Source: Nitrospinota bacterium
GTDB taxonomy: Bacteria; Nitrospinota_A; UBA7883; JADGGD01
DNA: 64,000 nt
NCBI GenBank assembly: GCA_942491805.1
Contig: CALOCG010000026.1
Coordinates: 24,138 to 88,137, forward strand
Reading direction: 5' to 3'
Shown here: in pieces, positions 1-8,427 of the stretch
Numbering within the stretch: the stretch's first letter is position 1
How the letters are laid out: each line of letters starts with the position of its first letter
Translations under genes and position numbers: made by a program
The notes under the pieces: model-generated
Told to the model about the DNA's origin: nothing
Database searches by the model: none
What the model saw: the letters and a program-made list of their open reading frames with translations, nothing else

Positions 1-602
1 GCATACAGGTAGAGGGAATCGACCATAATGGAGTCTTCGCTCCCCCCATGAACCGCATAACACCCGGTCAACGTATTCTCCAAGCTGTCGACGGTCGTTC
101 GGTTGACGGTGAAACAGGGGCCTTGAGACGGGGGAAACTTCCCGCCGGGACAGGCCATCCAACCGATCATCGTGGTTCCCGGCGTTACGTTGACCGACAG
201 GGCCGCGCCGCCGGTCACCCGTTCGGGGGGGACCATACCGGTCAAGGTGTAGGTTCCGTTCGGATGGGAGGCGCAGACGAAGAGGGGCTGGTTTCGTTCG
301 ACTTCGACGACGTGGAGCTTGGTGTGGAGCGTGTAGCCGCCGCTGGAGGTGGCCCGTGTCGCCGGAGCCCCTCCGATGATTTGTATGCCGCTCGGGGTCG
401 GTTTGCAGAAGGTGACGTTGGCGCCGGTCAGTTTGGCGGTGTAGGCCGAAGAGACCACTTCCCAGAAGGTGGTGTAGACGTCGCCCGAAACGGTCATCGT
501 ATCGTTCGCCGCCGTCGAGCCGCCGCCTCCCCCCCCGCCGCACGAGACGGCGACCGCCATGGTCATCGCCGCCGCGATTCCGACAACCAACCGGCTTCTC
601 AT
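1..602 (-). CDS. putative lipoprotein; C-terminal part lies outside the window
   Basis: Minus-strand frame is open from ATG (602..600) to the window edge; I checked by hand that it has no in-frame stop. It is absent from the track because it has no stop in the window. N-terminus MRSRLVVGIAAAMTMAVAVSCGGGGGG reads as signal peptide, then Cys, then Gly linker. Track ORF 48..629(+) is its antisense shadow. Confidence 0.45.
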   Translation of the reverse strand, partial: MRSRLVVGIAAAMTMAVAVSCGGGGGGGSTAANDTMTVSGDVYTTFWEVVSSAYTAKLTGANVTFCKPTPSGIQIIGGAPATRATSSGGYTLHTKLHVVEVERNQPLFVCASHPNGTYTLTGMVPPERVTGGAALSVNVTPGTTMIGWMACPGGKFPPSQGPCFTVNRTTVDSLENTLTGCYAVHGGSEDSIMVDSLYLY

Positions 603-765
603 TATCGTCCTCCCCCACCCTTAATATAGGCCGCTACGCGGGGCGGGGGGCGCCAACCCCCATCGGTCAAGAGGGAGCGGACGCAAGCCGGAACGAACGC
701 GGCTCTTCATGAGTGAGCGAAGCGATGAAGACAGCCGTGAGACTACCCGCAAGGATGGGGGATCG

Positions 766-1140
766 CTAAAGTCCCGGCGGGACGAACAACCCACTCTCGA
801 TACGGAGGCCCCCCCCCATCGGACCGATGTAACGGTAGGTAAACCCATTCCGCTTCTCCCCCGCGGACAAGGTCACCTCTACCCATTCCCGGACAAAATA
901 ATCTTCCCCTTCGTAGGCGTCTATTTTTCGCAACGTCTCCTCAGCGTCGCCGAGCAGTTCCAGCAGATCGCCTTGCACCACCCCATCGCCTGCCAGCAAC
1001 CCCGGGAACCAACCGAAGAGGTAAAGATCCCCTTCGATCACCCCTTCGCCGACCAGCCGGGAACGTTCCGCCAGATAGAGGCTCCACTGGTTCTCGAACC
1101 GTGGTCGAAGGGTTCCGTAGACAAAAAGATTGGCCGTCAT
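766..1140 (-). CDS. gamma-glutamylcyclotransferase / AIG2-like family protein
   Basis: 124-aa ORF. N-terminal LFVYGTLR motif, acidic residue pattern and size are typical of the GGCT/AIG2-like fold. Confidence 0.7.
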   Translation of the reverse strand: MTANLFVYGTLRPRFENQWSLYLAERSRLVGEGVIEGDLYLFGWFPGLLAGDGVVQGDLLELLGDAEETLRKIDAYEGEDYFVREWVEVTLSAGEKRNGFTYRYIGPMGGGLRIESGLFVPPGL

Positions 1141-1235
1141 AATCCGCTCATTATTATTCCACGCCCCTATTATCTGTTTAGCCCGGAGCGGGCGAAGAAC
1201 GCGGCTCTTGAATGGAAACGGTAAATCCTATAGAA

Positions 1236-1262
1236 AAAGCGGCCCCGAAGAGCCGCTTTCGT
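1236..1262 (-). terminator. rho-independent terminator downstream of the csp gene
   Basis: Minus-strand reading is agcggc-tcttcggg-gccgct followed by ttttt. It lies about 20 nt 3' of the csp stop. Confidence 0.5.
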
Positions 1263-1278
1263 TTTCGATCAGTGTCGC

Positions 1279-1491
1279 TCAGATTTTCGCCACGTTTTTC
1301 GCGTGGAGCCCTTTGGGGCCCTGACACAGTTCGAATGTGACCGGTTGGCCGTCTTCGAGGGTTTTGTACCCGTCACCGGTGATCGCCGAGTAGTGGACAA
1401 AGACATCTTCCGTCTGTCCATCCTCCCGAAGAAAGCCGAACCCCTTGGCGTTATTGAACCATTTGACCGTTCCCTGTGGCATTTTCGACAT
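1279..1491 (-). CDS. cold-shock protein, CspA family
   Basis: [15 protein letters not shown] (RNP-1) and VFVHYSAI (RNP-2) motifs. AAGGAG lies 6 nt upstream of the ATG at 1491. The track ORF starts 15 nt further upstream. Confidence 0.9.
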   Translation of the reverse strand: MSKMPQGTVKWFNNAKGFGFLREDGQTEDVFVHYSAITGDGYKTLEDGQPVTFELCQGPKGLHAKNVAKI

Positions 1492-1844
1492 CCCCTGCTC
1501 CTTCATCTACGTCCGACGCCACACGCGCGAACCTCTCCCTACGAACCCGTAGCGGTACAATGGATCGGGAGCGGTTCAAGCCGACACCTGTTCACGGCGT
1601 TATCGCAGCGACCCCCCTCAGAGCCGCGCATGAACAGGTATGGCGCCATTACTTCTAAATCAGTATGAACTTACGTCGCTTTTATGACAGTGTCAACTCG
1701 CAATAAGAGTTCCGCCGATCATTACCCCCATTTTCACCATGACTTGCAGGACCGGCTCCCCTTTAGGCGGCAAAACGACCACCACCGGCCTGCCATCCCG
1801 ACAGACCTGGCCGTCGTCTACGTTTCACGAAACCGACGATCCCT

Positions 1845-2156
1845 TTAGACCGCTTTGGGGGTGAGGAAGTTTTTTATCAGATCCCTCTTCATCCACCAGG
1901 CTATCCCGCCGACCACCCACGCGCCGAGGGTGAACTGAAGGGCGGCCAGGGTCATCGCACCCGGATGGTAGAGATACTCGGTAATCGCCACGCCGGTCCA
2001 CATGGCCCAGCAGGTCCCCCAGTTCACGGCCAAGAGTCGGTAATTGAAGGGCGTCCCTTCGCTCTTTTGACGAGCGTACATGGCGGCGATCATGGTCAGG
2101 CCGGTGATGAAGAAAAAGACTCCATATCCGATCCAGTAGTAGGAATGTTCAAACAT
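1845..2156 (-). CDS. small integral membrane protein, unknown function
   Basis: ATG at 2156 is preceded by AGGAGA. The 103 aa contain about three hydrophobic segments (YWIGYGVFFFITGLTMIAAMY, WGTCWAMWTGVAI, LGAWVVGGIAWW). The longer track start has no RBS. Confidence 0.5.
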   Translation of the reverse strand: MFEHSYYWIGYGVFFFITGLTMIAAMYARQKSEGTPFNYRLLAVNWGTCWAMWTGVAITEYLYHPGAMTLAALQFTLGAWVVGGIAWWMKRDLIKNFLTPKAV

Positions 2157-2450
2157 TTTCGTTTCTCCTCGGCCAGCGCTTCTTTGAAGCGATTGTCGTT
2201 TCGTTCTGTCCGTAGACACCCCCATGCGGTGCATAGCTAATACCATAACGACATCTAGCTGATTCAAAATGCCTTATATCGAAACACCCCCCACCCATAC
2301 CACTCCAGCACGGCCATGGCGTCCCATATCGACACAACAAAGCGACGCCATATGGGACAGCTACCGCTTCTTTCTCGACGGGAGTCGGCTATAATGCCCC
2401 GGTCAGTACAAGAACCGACCTTCTTCCTCTGCTCTTTTTAGTAAAAACAT

Positions 2451-4019
2451 ATGTCTCGCTCCGAAGGTACTCGTTTGGGGGAACTCCTGTTGGCCGCAGG
2501 CCTGCTCGACGAAGCAGGATTGGCCCGCGCTCTGGAGAGACAGAACCGTCTGGGTGAGCGATTGGGGGAGTCGGTGGTGGCGCTCGGCCTGATGACCGAG
2601 GAGGAGCTGGTGACCGCTCTGGCCGAACAGTTGAAAGCGCCGGTGGTCGATCCGATGGCGGGGTCGATTCCGGCGCCGTTGCTCAATCTTATCCCGGCCC
2701 CTTTCGCCCGACGTCGCCGATGCCTCCCGGTGGCCCGTGAAAACGGCAAGATCATCGTCGCTCTGGCCGACCCGCTCGATCTGACGACCCTCGACGAATT
2801 GGCGCCCCTGCTGGGGGGGAAAATAGTCCCGGCGTTGGCGCTCGCCTCCCGCATCGACGCCGCTTTGGAACGACACTATCCGACAAAGCCGATGGTGGCG
2901 CAGGAGGAACCGGCCTCTTATGGCGAGGGGGACGGTAGCGCCGCCGCGACGCTCGGCAGGATCTTGCGCCAAGGGGTCGCCCTCGGCGCGTCGGACATTC
3001 ATTTCGAGCCCGACCGGGAGATGATCGCCGTCCGCTACCGGATCGACGGTCTCATGCGTCCGGCCACCCCTCTTCAAGGAGAGAAGGGATCGGCGGTCCT
3101 CTCCCGTCTCAAGGTTCTGGCCGGGCTCGACATCGCCGAATCGCGCATGCCGCAAGATGGTGGGGCGTCGGGGGGGGACGCCGGGTTGCACGAATACGAA
3201 TTGCGGGTCGCCACCTTCCCGACGGTGGTCGGCGAAAGTGTGGTGGTCCGACTCCTCTCCACCGGTTCCGACCGGCGCACCTTGGCCGATCTCGGCATGG
3301 CCGCCGATACGGTCGCTTCGTATAAGGAAGCGCTCGAAAGCGGATGGGGGATGGTGATCGTCACCGGCCCCACCGGCGCCGGAAAGACGACGACCCTCTA
3401 CGCCACCTTGGCGACCCTGGCCGGGCCGACCCGGACGGCGGTGACGGTGGAAGACCCGGTGGAACGACGGCTCCCCTTCGTCCGGCAGTCGCAGGTGAAT
3501 CGGCGCGCCGGGTTCACCTTCCCGGTGGGGGTGAAACATGCGTTGCGGCAAGACCCCGATATCCTGATGGTCGGCGAGGTGCGTGACCCGGAGACGGCGT
3601 CGGCTGCGGTCCAAGCGGCCCTGACCGGCCACCTCGCCTTGACCAGTCTCCACACCGCCGACGCGGCCGGCGCCATCGACCGGTTGGTCGATCTGGGGGT
3701 GGAGCGTTACCGGATCGCCGCGACGTTCCGGGGGGCGTTGGCCCAACGTCTGGTCCGGGCGTTGTGCGAACGGTGCAAAGGGACCGGGTGCCCCCGTTGC
3801 CACGGCGTCGGCTATCGGGGTCGGGTGGGGCTCTTCGAGTTTCTCTCGGCCGACGACGAGCTGCGGCAGATGATCCGCGACGGAGCGTCGACCGCCACCC
3901 TGCGGGATCACGCGGCCCGGGTCGACGGTTACGTCACCCTGGTCGACGACGGACGCCGCAAAGTAGCGGCGGGGATTACCGACGAAACCGAATTGAGGCG
4001 AGCTCTCCATGGACTCTGA
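2451..4019 (+). CDS. GspE/PilB/MshE-family secretion ATPase with N-terminal MshEN-type c-di-GMP-binding motifs
   Basis: Walker A GPTGAGKTTT, Asp box/Walker B DPDILMVGEVRD, His box TGHLALTSLHT, C-terminal CERC-x4-CPRC. The N-terminus has two tandem 24-residue motifs, RLGELLLAAGLLDEAGLARALERQ then 5 aa then RLGESVVALGLMTEEELVTALAEQ. Confidence 0.9.
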   Translation: MSRSEGTRLGELLLAAGLLDEAGLARALERQNRLGERLGESVVALGLMTEEELVTALAEQLKAPVVDPMAGSIPAPLLNLIPAPFARRRRCLPVARENGKIIVALADPLDLTTLDELAPLLGGKIVPALALASRIDAALERHYPTKPMVAQEEPASYGEGDGSAAATLGRILRQGVALGASDIHFEPDREMIAVRYRIDGLMRPATPLQGEKGSAVLSRLKVLAGLDIAESRMPQDGGASGGDAGLHEYELRVATFPTVVGESVVVRLLSTGSDRRTLADLGMAADTVASYKEALESGWGMVIVTGPTGAGKTTTLYATLATLAGPTRTAVTVEDPVERRLPFVRQSQVNRRAGFTFPVGVKHALRQDPDILMVGEVRDPETASAAVQAALTGHLALTSLHTADAAGAIDRLVDLGVERYRIAATFRGALAQRLVRALCERCKGTGCPRCHGVGYRGRVGLFEFLSADDELRQMIRDGASTATLRDHAARVDGYVTLVDDGRRKVAAGITDETELRRALHGL

Positions 4020-5212
4020 AACGGGAACCGTCTATACCTATATCGCCCGCGACCGGAGCGGACGCAGAAGCGAAGGGAGGGTCGTCTCGACCGGACCGGA
4101 AGAGGCGATCCGTCGGCTGGAAGGGCTCGGCCTCTACCCGAGCCGTCTGATGGAAGTCGGCTCGGAACGGATAACGCCCCTCTCGCCCGACCGGCTGGCC
4201 CGGTTCATGGAAAAGATGGCGACCCTCCTTTCCGCCGGAACCCCGTTAACCACCGCCCTTGCGGCGCTGGGCGCCGAACGAGACCCGACGGCGGCGATGG
4301 TGGCCCGGCTTGACCGGGACATACGGGCGGGGCGCTCCTTTGCGGAAGCGGCCTGCGCCGATAAAAGTTTCGACCGGGTGACCCTTAGCCTTCTCGAAAG
4401 CGGCGAAGCGACCGGCCAACTCGACCGCGCGCTCACCGACGCCGCGCAGGCCATCGACCGACGACAAGAATCGATCCGCCTCGCCGCCGACACCTTCCGC
4501 TACCCGGCGCTGGTGGCAGGCGCCGCGCTGGGGGCGTCGCTGATTCTCTCGGCGCTGGTCTTCCCGAAACTGGCCGCCGCCTACGCCACCATCGACCTGC
4601 CGCTACCGGCCCCGACCCTCTGGCTCATGGCGTTGGGCGCCTTCATCACCGGCCCGTGGGGAGTCGCCACCGGCGTCGTTTCGCTGATTGCGGCGGGGCT
4701 TTTTATCCGGTGGGGGAGAACGGAACCGGGTCGCCGCCAGATCGACCGATGGGTACGGGCGACCCCTTTCGTCGGCGAGCTCATCGCCCGCCTGGCCGTC
4801 GCTCGCGGAGGGGCGACGTTGGCGACTTTGCTTACCGCCGGTATCCCGATCGTCTCGGCGCTGAAGATCGCCGCCCCGACCGGAGGGTCGCCGTTGCTGG
4901 CCGACGCCTTCGAAACGGCGGCGGTAGAAATTGAGGGGGGGCGCACTCTCACCGACGCTCTCGGTTCGTCACGCCTCGTCCCGGAACTGGCCATGACCAT
5001 GATCAGCGTCGGCGAACAGGCGGGGAGCGCTCGACACCACCTTCATGAAGATGGTCGACTACTACGAAGCGGAAGGACTTGCCGAGCGAGCAAGACCGCC
5101 GCAGTTTACCTGGAACCGGCTCTCGCCGGCTTGCCAAGCCATCGCGGTCCTTGTCCTCGGCCTCGGCGTCTTCTTGCCGATGTGGAACCTGACGGCGTTG
5201 ACGCACCACTGA
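4009..5212 (+). CDS. GspF/PilC-like inner-membrane platform protein; 3' end needs several frame changes
   Basis: ATG overlaps the upstream ATPase stop by 11 nt. The first ~330 aa are GspF-like with TM segments. The tail only reads sensibly by hopping frames: ..MISVGEQAG / ALDTTFMKMVDYYEAE / ..AAVYLEPAL.. / AIAVLVLGLGVFLPMWNLTALTHH*, with TGA at 5210-5212. The track ORF runs on to 5337 in the wrong frame. Confidence 0.75.
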
Positions 5213-5308
5213 GCGAAGAGCGCTCGGCGCACACTCTCGCGGGCGATCAACGGGCAGGAAATCGACGTCCCCCGCCGCATCGTCTGAGGGGCGCCCCGTG
5301 CGCAAGGG

Positions 5309-5699
5309 TCACCCCCCGATATTCCGTCCCCGGCTAATGATGAAGCTGACCATCTTGTCCTGCTCGTCCTCTTTGATCAACAGATAGCGGACCATGATCA
5401 GGTAGGCGGTCTTCCCTTTGATGTCGACGTCTTTTCGGCGAACCACTTCGGCGGTCATCAAAACCGGCCGTCTTGATAAGGAACTTGATCTCCAGCAGGA
5501 CAAAGGGTCTTGGCGGAAGCGGTTTTTCCACATGGAAGACGGCTACATTACCGGAGAAATCGACACCGACTCCCTTGAACCAGGGGGAGGTCTGATATTT
5601 CCCGTCGCCTAAACCTTTGGCGAATCGGTAGCGCAACGGGGCCCGGTATTCGAACCGGTAGAACTCCCGTTTGTCTCCCCCTTTGGCTTGCTGGTTCAT
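5309..5699 (-). CDS. single-domain PilZ protein (one apparent frameshift)
   Basis: N-terminal KREFYRFEYR (RxxxR) and GVDFSGN (D-x-S-G) PilZ signatures. Track ORFs 5334..5699 and 5309..5533 join near 5465-5490 to give ..LLEIKFLIK../..VLMTAEVVRRKDVDIKGKTAYLIMVRYLLI.., a normal PilZ barrel. Confidence 0.7.
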
Positions 5700-5706
5700 C
5701 GGTCGG

Positions 5707-6381
5707 TCACATTTTGTCCCGGGTGATAATGATCTCGACCCGCCGGTTCTTGCTCCGGTTTTCGGGGATCAGGGCGTAGCGGGGTTTGCTGTCGCCATAG
5801 CCGGAGACGACGAACCGTCTCGGGTTCAGACCTTTGTCTTCGACGAAATAACGGACCACCGATGCGGCCCGTGAGGCCGATAACTCCCAGTTGCTCGGAA
5901 ACTTTTCGGTGGCTATCGGCACGTCGTCGGTATGCCCTTCGACGATCACTTTGTATTGGTTCTTCTCGACGATCCGGGCCACATGGTCGAGGAACCGTTT
6001 GATCTGCGGTTTCACTTCGGCCGAACCGGGGGCGAAGAAAAGATCCCCTTCGGCCCACATGACGGTTCCCCGACTGTCGGAGGTAAGATGAACCTGCCGG
6101 ATAAGATTGTTCTCTTCCAAGGCTTTTTCGATCTCTTTGTCGACTTCGGGGGGCCGCTCGGAGGAGAGCCGTTCGACCAACGATTTGCCGCCGAAGGCGT
6201 CGCCGACTTTTTGGAGCATGCCGACATATTTCTCGTCCTGCGTCGAGGTGACGGCGAAGAGGAGAACGAAGAAGGTAAGCAACAACATCATCATGTCGGC
6301 GAGGGTCACAACCCAATCGGTCTCCGACTCCCCCTGGGCTTTGGCGTCGTCGAGATCGAGTTGCGTCAGCTTGCGGGCCAT
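5707..6381 (-). CDS. motB: flagellar stator protein MotB (OmpA-like C-terminal domain)
   Basis: Start MARKLTQLDLDD at ATG 6381, 5 nt after the motA stop. TM helix WVVTLADMMMLLLTFFVLLF. OmpA/MotB motif EGHTDDVPI...NWELSASRA..V. The track ORF 5707..6813 is over-extended into motA. Confidence 0.9.
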   Translation of the reverse strand: MARKLTQLDLDDAKAQGESETDWVVTLADMMMLLLTFFVLLFAVTSTQDEKYVGMLQKVGDAFGGKSLVERLSSERPPEVDKEIEKALEENNLIRQVHLTSDSRGTVMWAEGDLFFAPGSAEVKPQIKRFLDHVARIVEKNQYKVIVEGHTDDVPIATEKFPSNWELSASRAASVVRYFVEDKGLNPRRFVVSGYGDSKPRYALIPENRSKNRRVEIIITRDKM

Positions 6382-6386
6382 GGCGG

Positions 6387-7210
6387 TTACCCCTCTCCCC
6401 CGACGGTCGATTTTTTCCGATGGTCTTTGAGTATCTCGTCGTAGTGCGACTCCCGCAGATTCGGCGGGAGGAAGGAGTTCAGTTTCCGTTCGATGATCCT
6501 CGGGTTCACCCCCCCTTGAATCATCAGCAACCCTTCGATGGCGATCCGGTTGACCAACATCTCGTCGTCGGAACGGGAGCGGAGTTTCTCGGCGATGGGG
6601 GTGAAGAAAAGGTTCGACGCCATGGCGCCGTAGAAGGTGGTGATCAACGCCACCGCCATGCCGGAGCCGATGGAGCCGCGGTATCTTCGGCGGGTCTTCA
6701 AGTTGCGTAACATCGCCACCAGCCTCGATCAGCGTCCCGATCAACCCGGTTGAAGGAAGAACCGAACTTCGCCGCCTAGCGGAAGACATGCTCCCCAGAA
6801 TGGCGTGGGTCACGATCGAGTCGAGCCTCGATCTTGAACACTTCCCGGATGATGTTGGCCGTCTGGCCGTCGACCACCAGTTCCATGCCGAGCCGGATGA
6901 CCCGGTTCTCGACGCTGTTGATTTCCGACTCCATGGCCAAGAGCGATTTCAGCCGAGCCTTGAAAGAGAGGACCACCATCAGTTTGATGACCCACGACGG
7001 CTTTTGAAAGTCGCTTTTGAAAATCTGAAGGAGCACGCCGACGACCCGCAAGATGCGAGGCAGCGGAAATGAAATGACCAGCGCGGCGAAGGTTCCGCCG
7101 CCGACGATCATCAACGAAGGGACGTTCCAGAAGATGGCGATCCCCCCTTGCGCGAAGATCGCGTAGAAGAGAAGCCCGGCGCCGATGACGAAGCCGAGTA
7201 AAGTAGTCAC
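6387..7210 (-). pseudogene. motA: flagellar stator protein MotA/PomA, interrupted by two frame changes near 6715-6800
   Basis: The N-terminal 144 aa (6776..7210) and C-terminal 110 aa (6387..6719; GMAVALITTFYGAMASNLFFTPIAEKL) are both MotA-like. The connecting ..STGLIGTLIEA.. segment lies in the third frame, at the start of track ORF 5707..6813. Confidence 0.85.
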
Positions 7211-7231
7211 GCTCGTTAATCTCCTCGACGG

Positions 7232-8422
7232 CTATAGGTAGATCGGCTCAATGCCGTCGCCTTTAATGATGAACTTCACCCGTTCGTATTCGCGGTCCAG
7301 CAAGATGGTGTGGGCCAATATCGACACGGTGACTCCCGGATGGGCCACCCGCTCCACCTTCAGACTGGCCGCCGGATAGGGGGCCGCCTGCTCCCCCACC
7401 GATTCTTCCAGCGATTCCCGTTTCCGTTCCACCTCCATGGCCCCCATCAGGGCGTTGCCGAGCTCTTTACGATATTTCGCCTCGCTCTCGGAAAGCTCCT
7501 CCTCTCCCCCGGCCCGGAGGAGATCGCTCATGGCGAAGACGTTCGACAAAAGATCGTCTCGTACCAACGACGGGGGATTGTCGAGCCGTTCGGCGGCGAA
7601 AGCGACCCCTTTCATCGCCATCCTCTCCTCTTCGTCGAAAGCCTCCCGTTCGCTGGTCAGCTCCCGCACCATTCGGCTGTGGAACGGGTCGTACCCCAAC
7701 GCCACGTCGGTGGGAACCGCCGATTCGGAGCCGATCACCGGCGCTTCGATCTCTTCTCTGGCCCGAACGCTTCCGCCGACGACACTGGCCCTCCCTTTGA
7801 GGACGATTTTTTTTCCGGCGGTCAGATGGGCGTTCATCGCCGGCCCTTCGAGCACGATGGAGCCTGCCGCTTCGAGGGTCGCCTGTTGGGCGTAGCTGGC
7901 CAGCAGGTCGCGCCCGGCGCTGACGAACCCTTCCTCTCCTCCGGCGATTCCCCCGCGCAAAAGTACGTTGCCGGTGGCTTTGATCCGCGCCCCTTCCACC
8001 AGACCGAGGATCTCGATGTCGCCGTTGACCGTCACCGTCCGTCCCGCCAATACGCCGCCGTGGATACGAACCGGACCGTCGCCGGTAAAATCGCCCGACA
8101 CCGTGTCGATGTCCCGGTAGAGCTCGCACACCTTCGTAACCACCAGAACGCCGTCCCGGTCACAGAGATACCCTTCCCGTCCGGCGACGAGGGAGAAGAT
8201 GTCGGGATTTTCTTTCTCTTTCCTGAGGGTCACCCCCTCACCGACCAGCGTGTCGAGCTGTTCCACCACCAGGGTCGAGACGGCGCCGTCCCCCTCTTCG
8301 GGGGAGCGGGCGATCAGCTCGTCTTTCTTGACCGGTTTCGGCAGGGGGAGCAACATCGCCAATCGCTCGGTCCGGTCGGGCCGGTCGGGGTCGAGCCCCA
8401 CGAAGACGACGTTGACAGACAT
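7232..8422 (-). CDS. DUF342 / FapA (flagellar assembly protein A)-like protein
   Basis: Start MSVNVVF at ATG 8422. Beta-helix-like repeats are present (VTVNGDIEILGLVEGARIKATGNVLLRGGIAGG...VVGGSVRAREEIEAPVIGSESAVPTDVALGYDP), followed by a coiled-coil and a conserved C-terminal ..VKFIIKGDGIEPIYL, as in DUF342. Confidence 0.7.
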   Translation of the reverse strand: MSVNVVFVGLDPDRPDRTERLAMLLPLPKPVKKDELIARSPEEGDGAVSTLVVEQLDTLVGEGVTLRKEKENPDIFSLVAGREGYLCDRDGVLVVTKVCELYRDIDTVSGDFTGDGPVRIHGGVLAGRTVTVNGDIEILGLVEGARIKATGNVLLRGGIAGGEEGFVSAGRDLLASYAQQATLEAAGSIVLEGPAMNAHLTAGKKIVLKGRASVVGGSVRAREEIEAPVIGSESAVPTDVALGYDPFHSRMVRELTSEREAFDEEERMAMKGVAFAAERLDNPPSLVRDDLLSNVFAMSDLLRAGGEEELSESEAKYRKELGNALMGAMEVERKRESLEESVGEQAAPYPAASLKVERVAHPGVTVSILAHTILLDREYERVKFIIKGDGIEPIYL

Positions 8423-8427
8423 GATCG

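Noticed and set aside
48-629. 193-aa plus ORF at the left edge
   Set aside because: It shares codon phase with the open minus frame that encodes a signal-peptide/lipobox N-terminus starting at 602. The plus-strand product is an R/G-rich shadow.
2314-2358. Overlapping inverted repeats upstream of the GspE-like gene (atggcgtc/gacgccat and gtcccatat/atatgggac) that might form alternative hairpins
   Set aside because: The two pairings are mutually exclusive. No T-run or recognisable riboswitch or attenuator context follows, and with only one instance I cannot distinguish this from chance symmetry around a CCATATGG palindrome.
2403-4010. 535-aa minus-strand ORF covering the whole GspE-like gene
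   Set aside because: It is an antisense shadow. It is R/G/P/H-rich and of low complexity with no motifs, while the plus strand carries unambiguous Walker, His-box and MshEN motifs. Such stop-free antisense frames are expected in high-GC DNA.
5707-6813. 368-aa version of motB
   Set aside because: The first 144 codons overlap motA in another frame and partly encode the displaced middle of MotA. The true MotB starts at ATG 6381.
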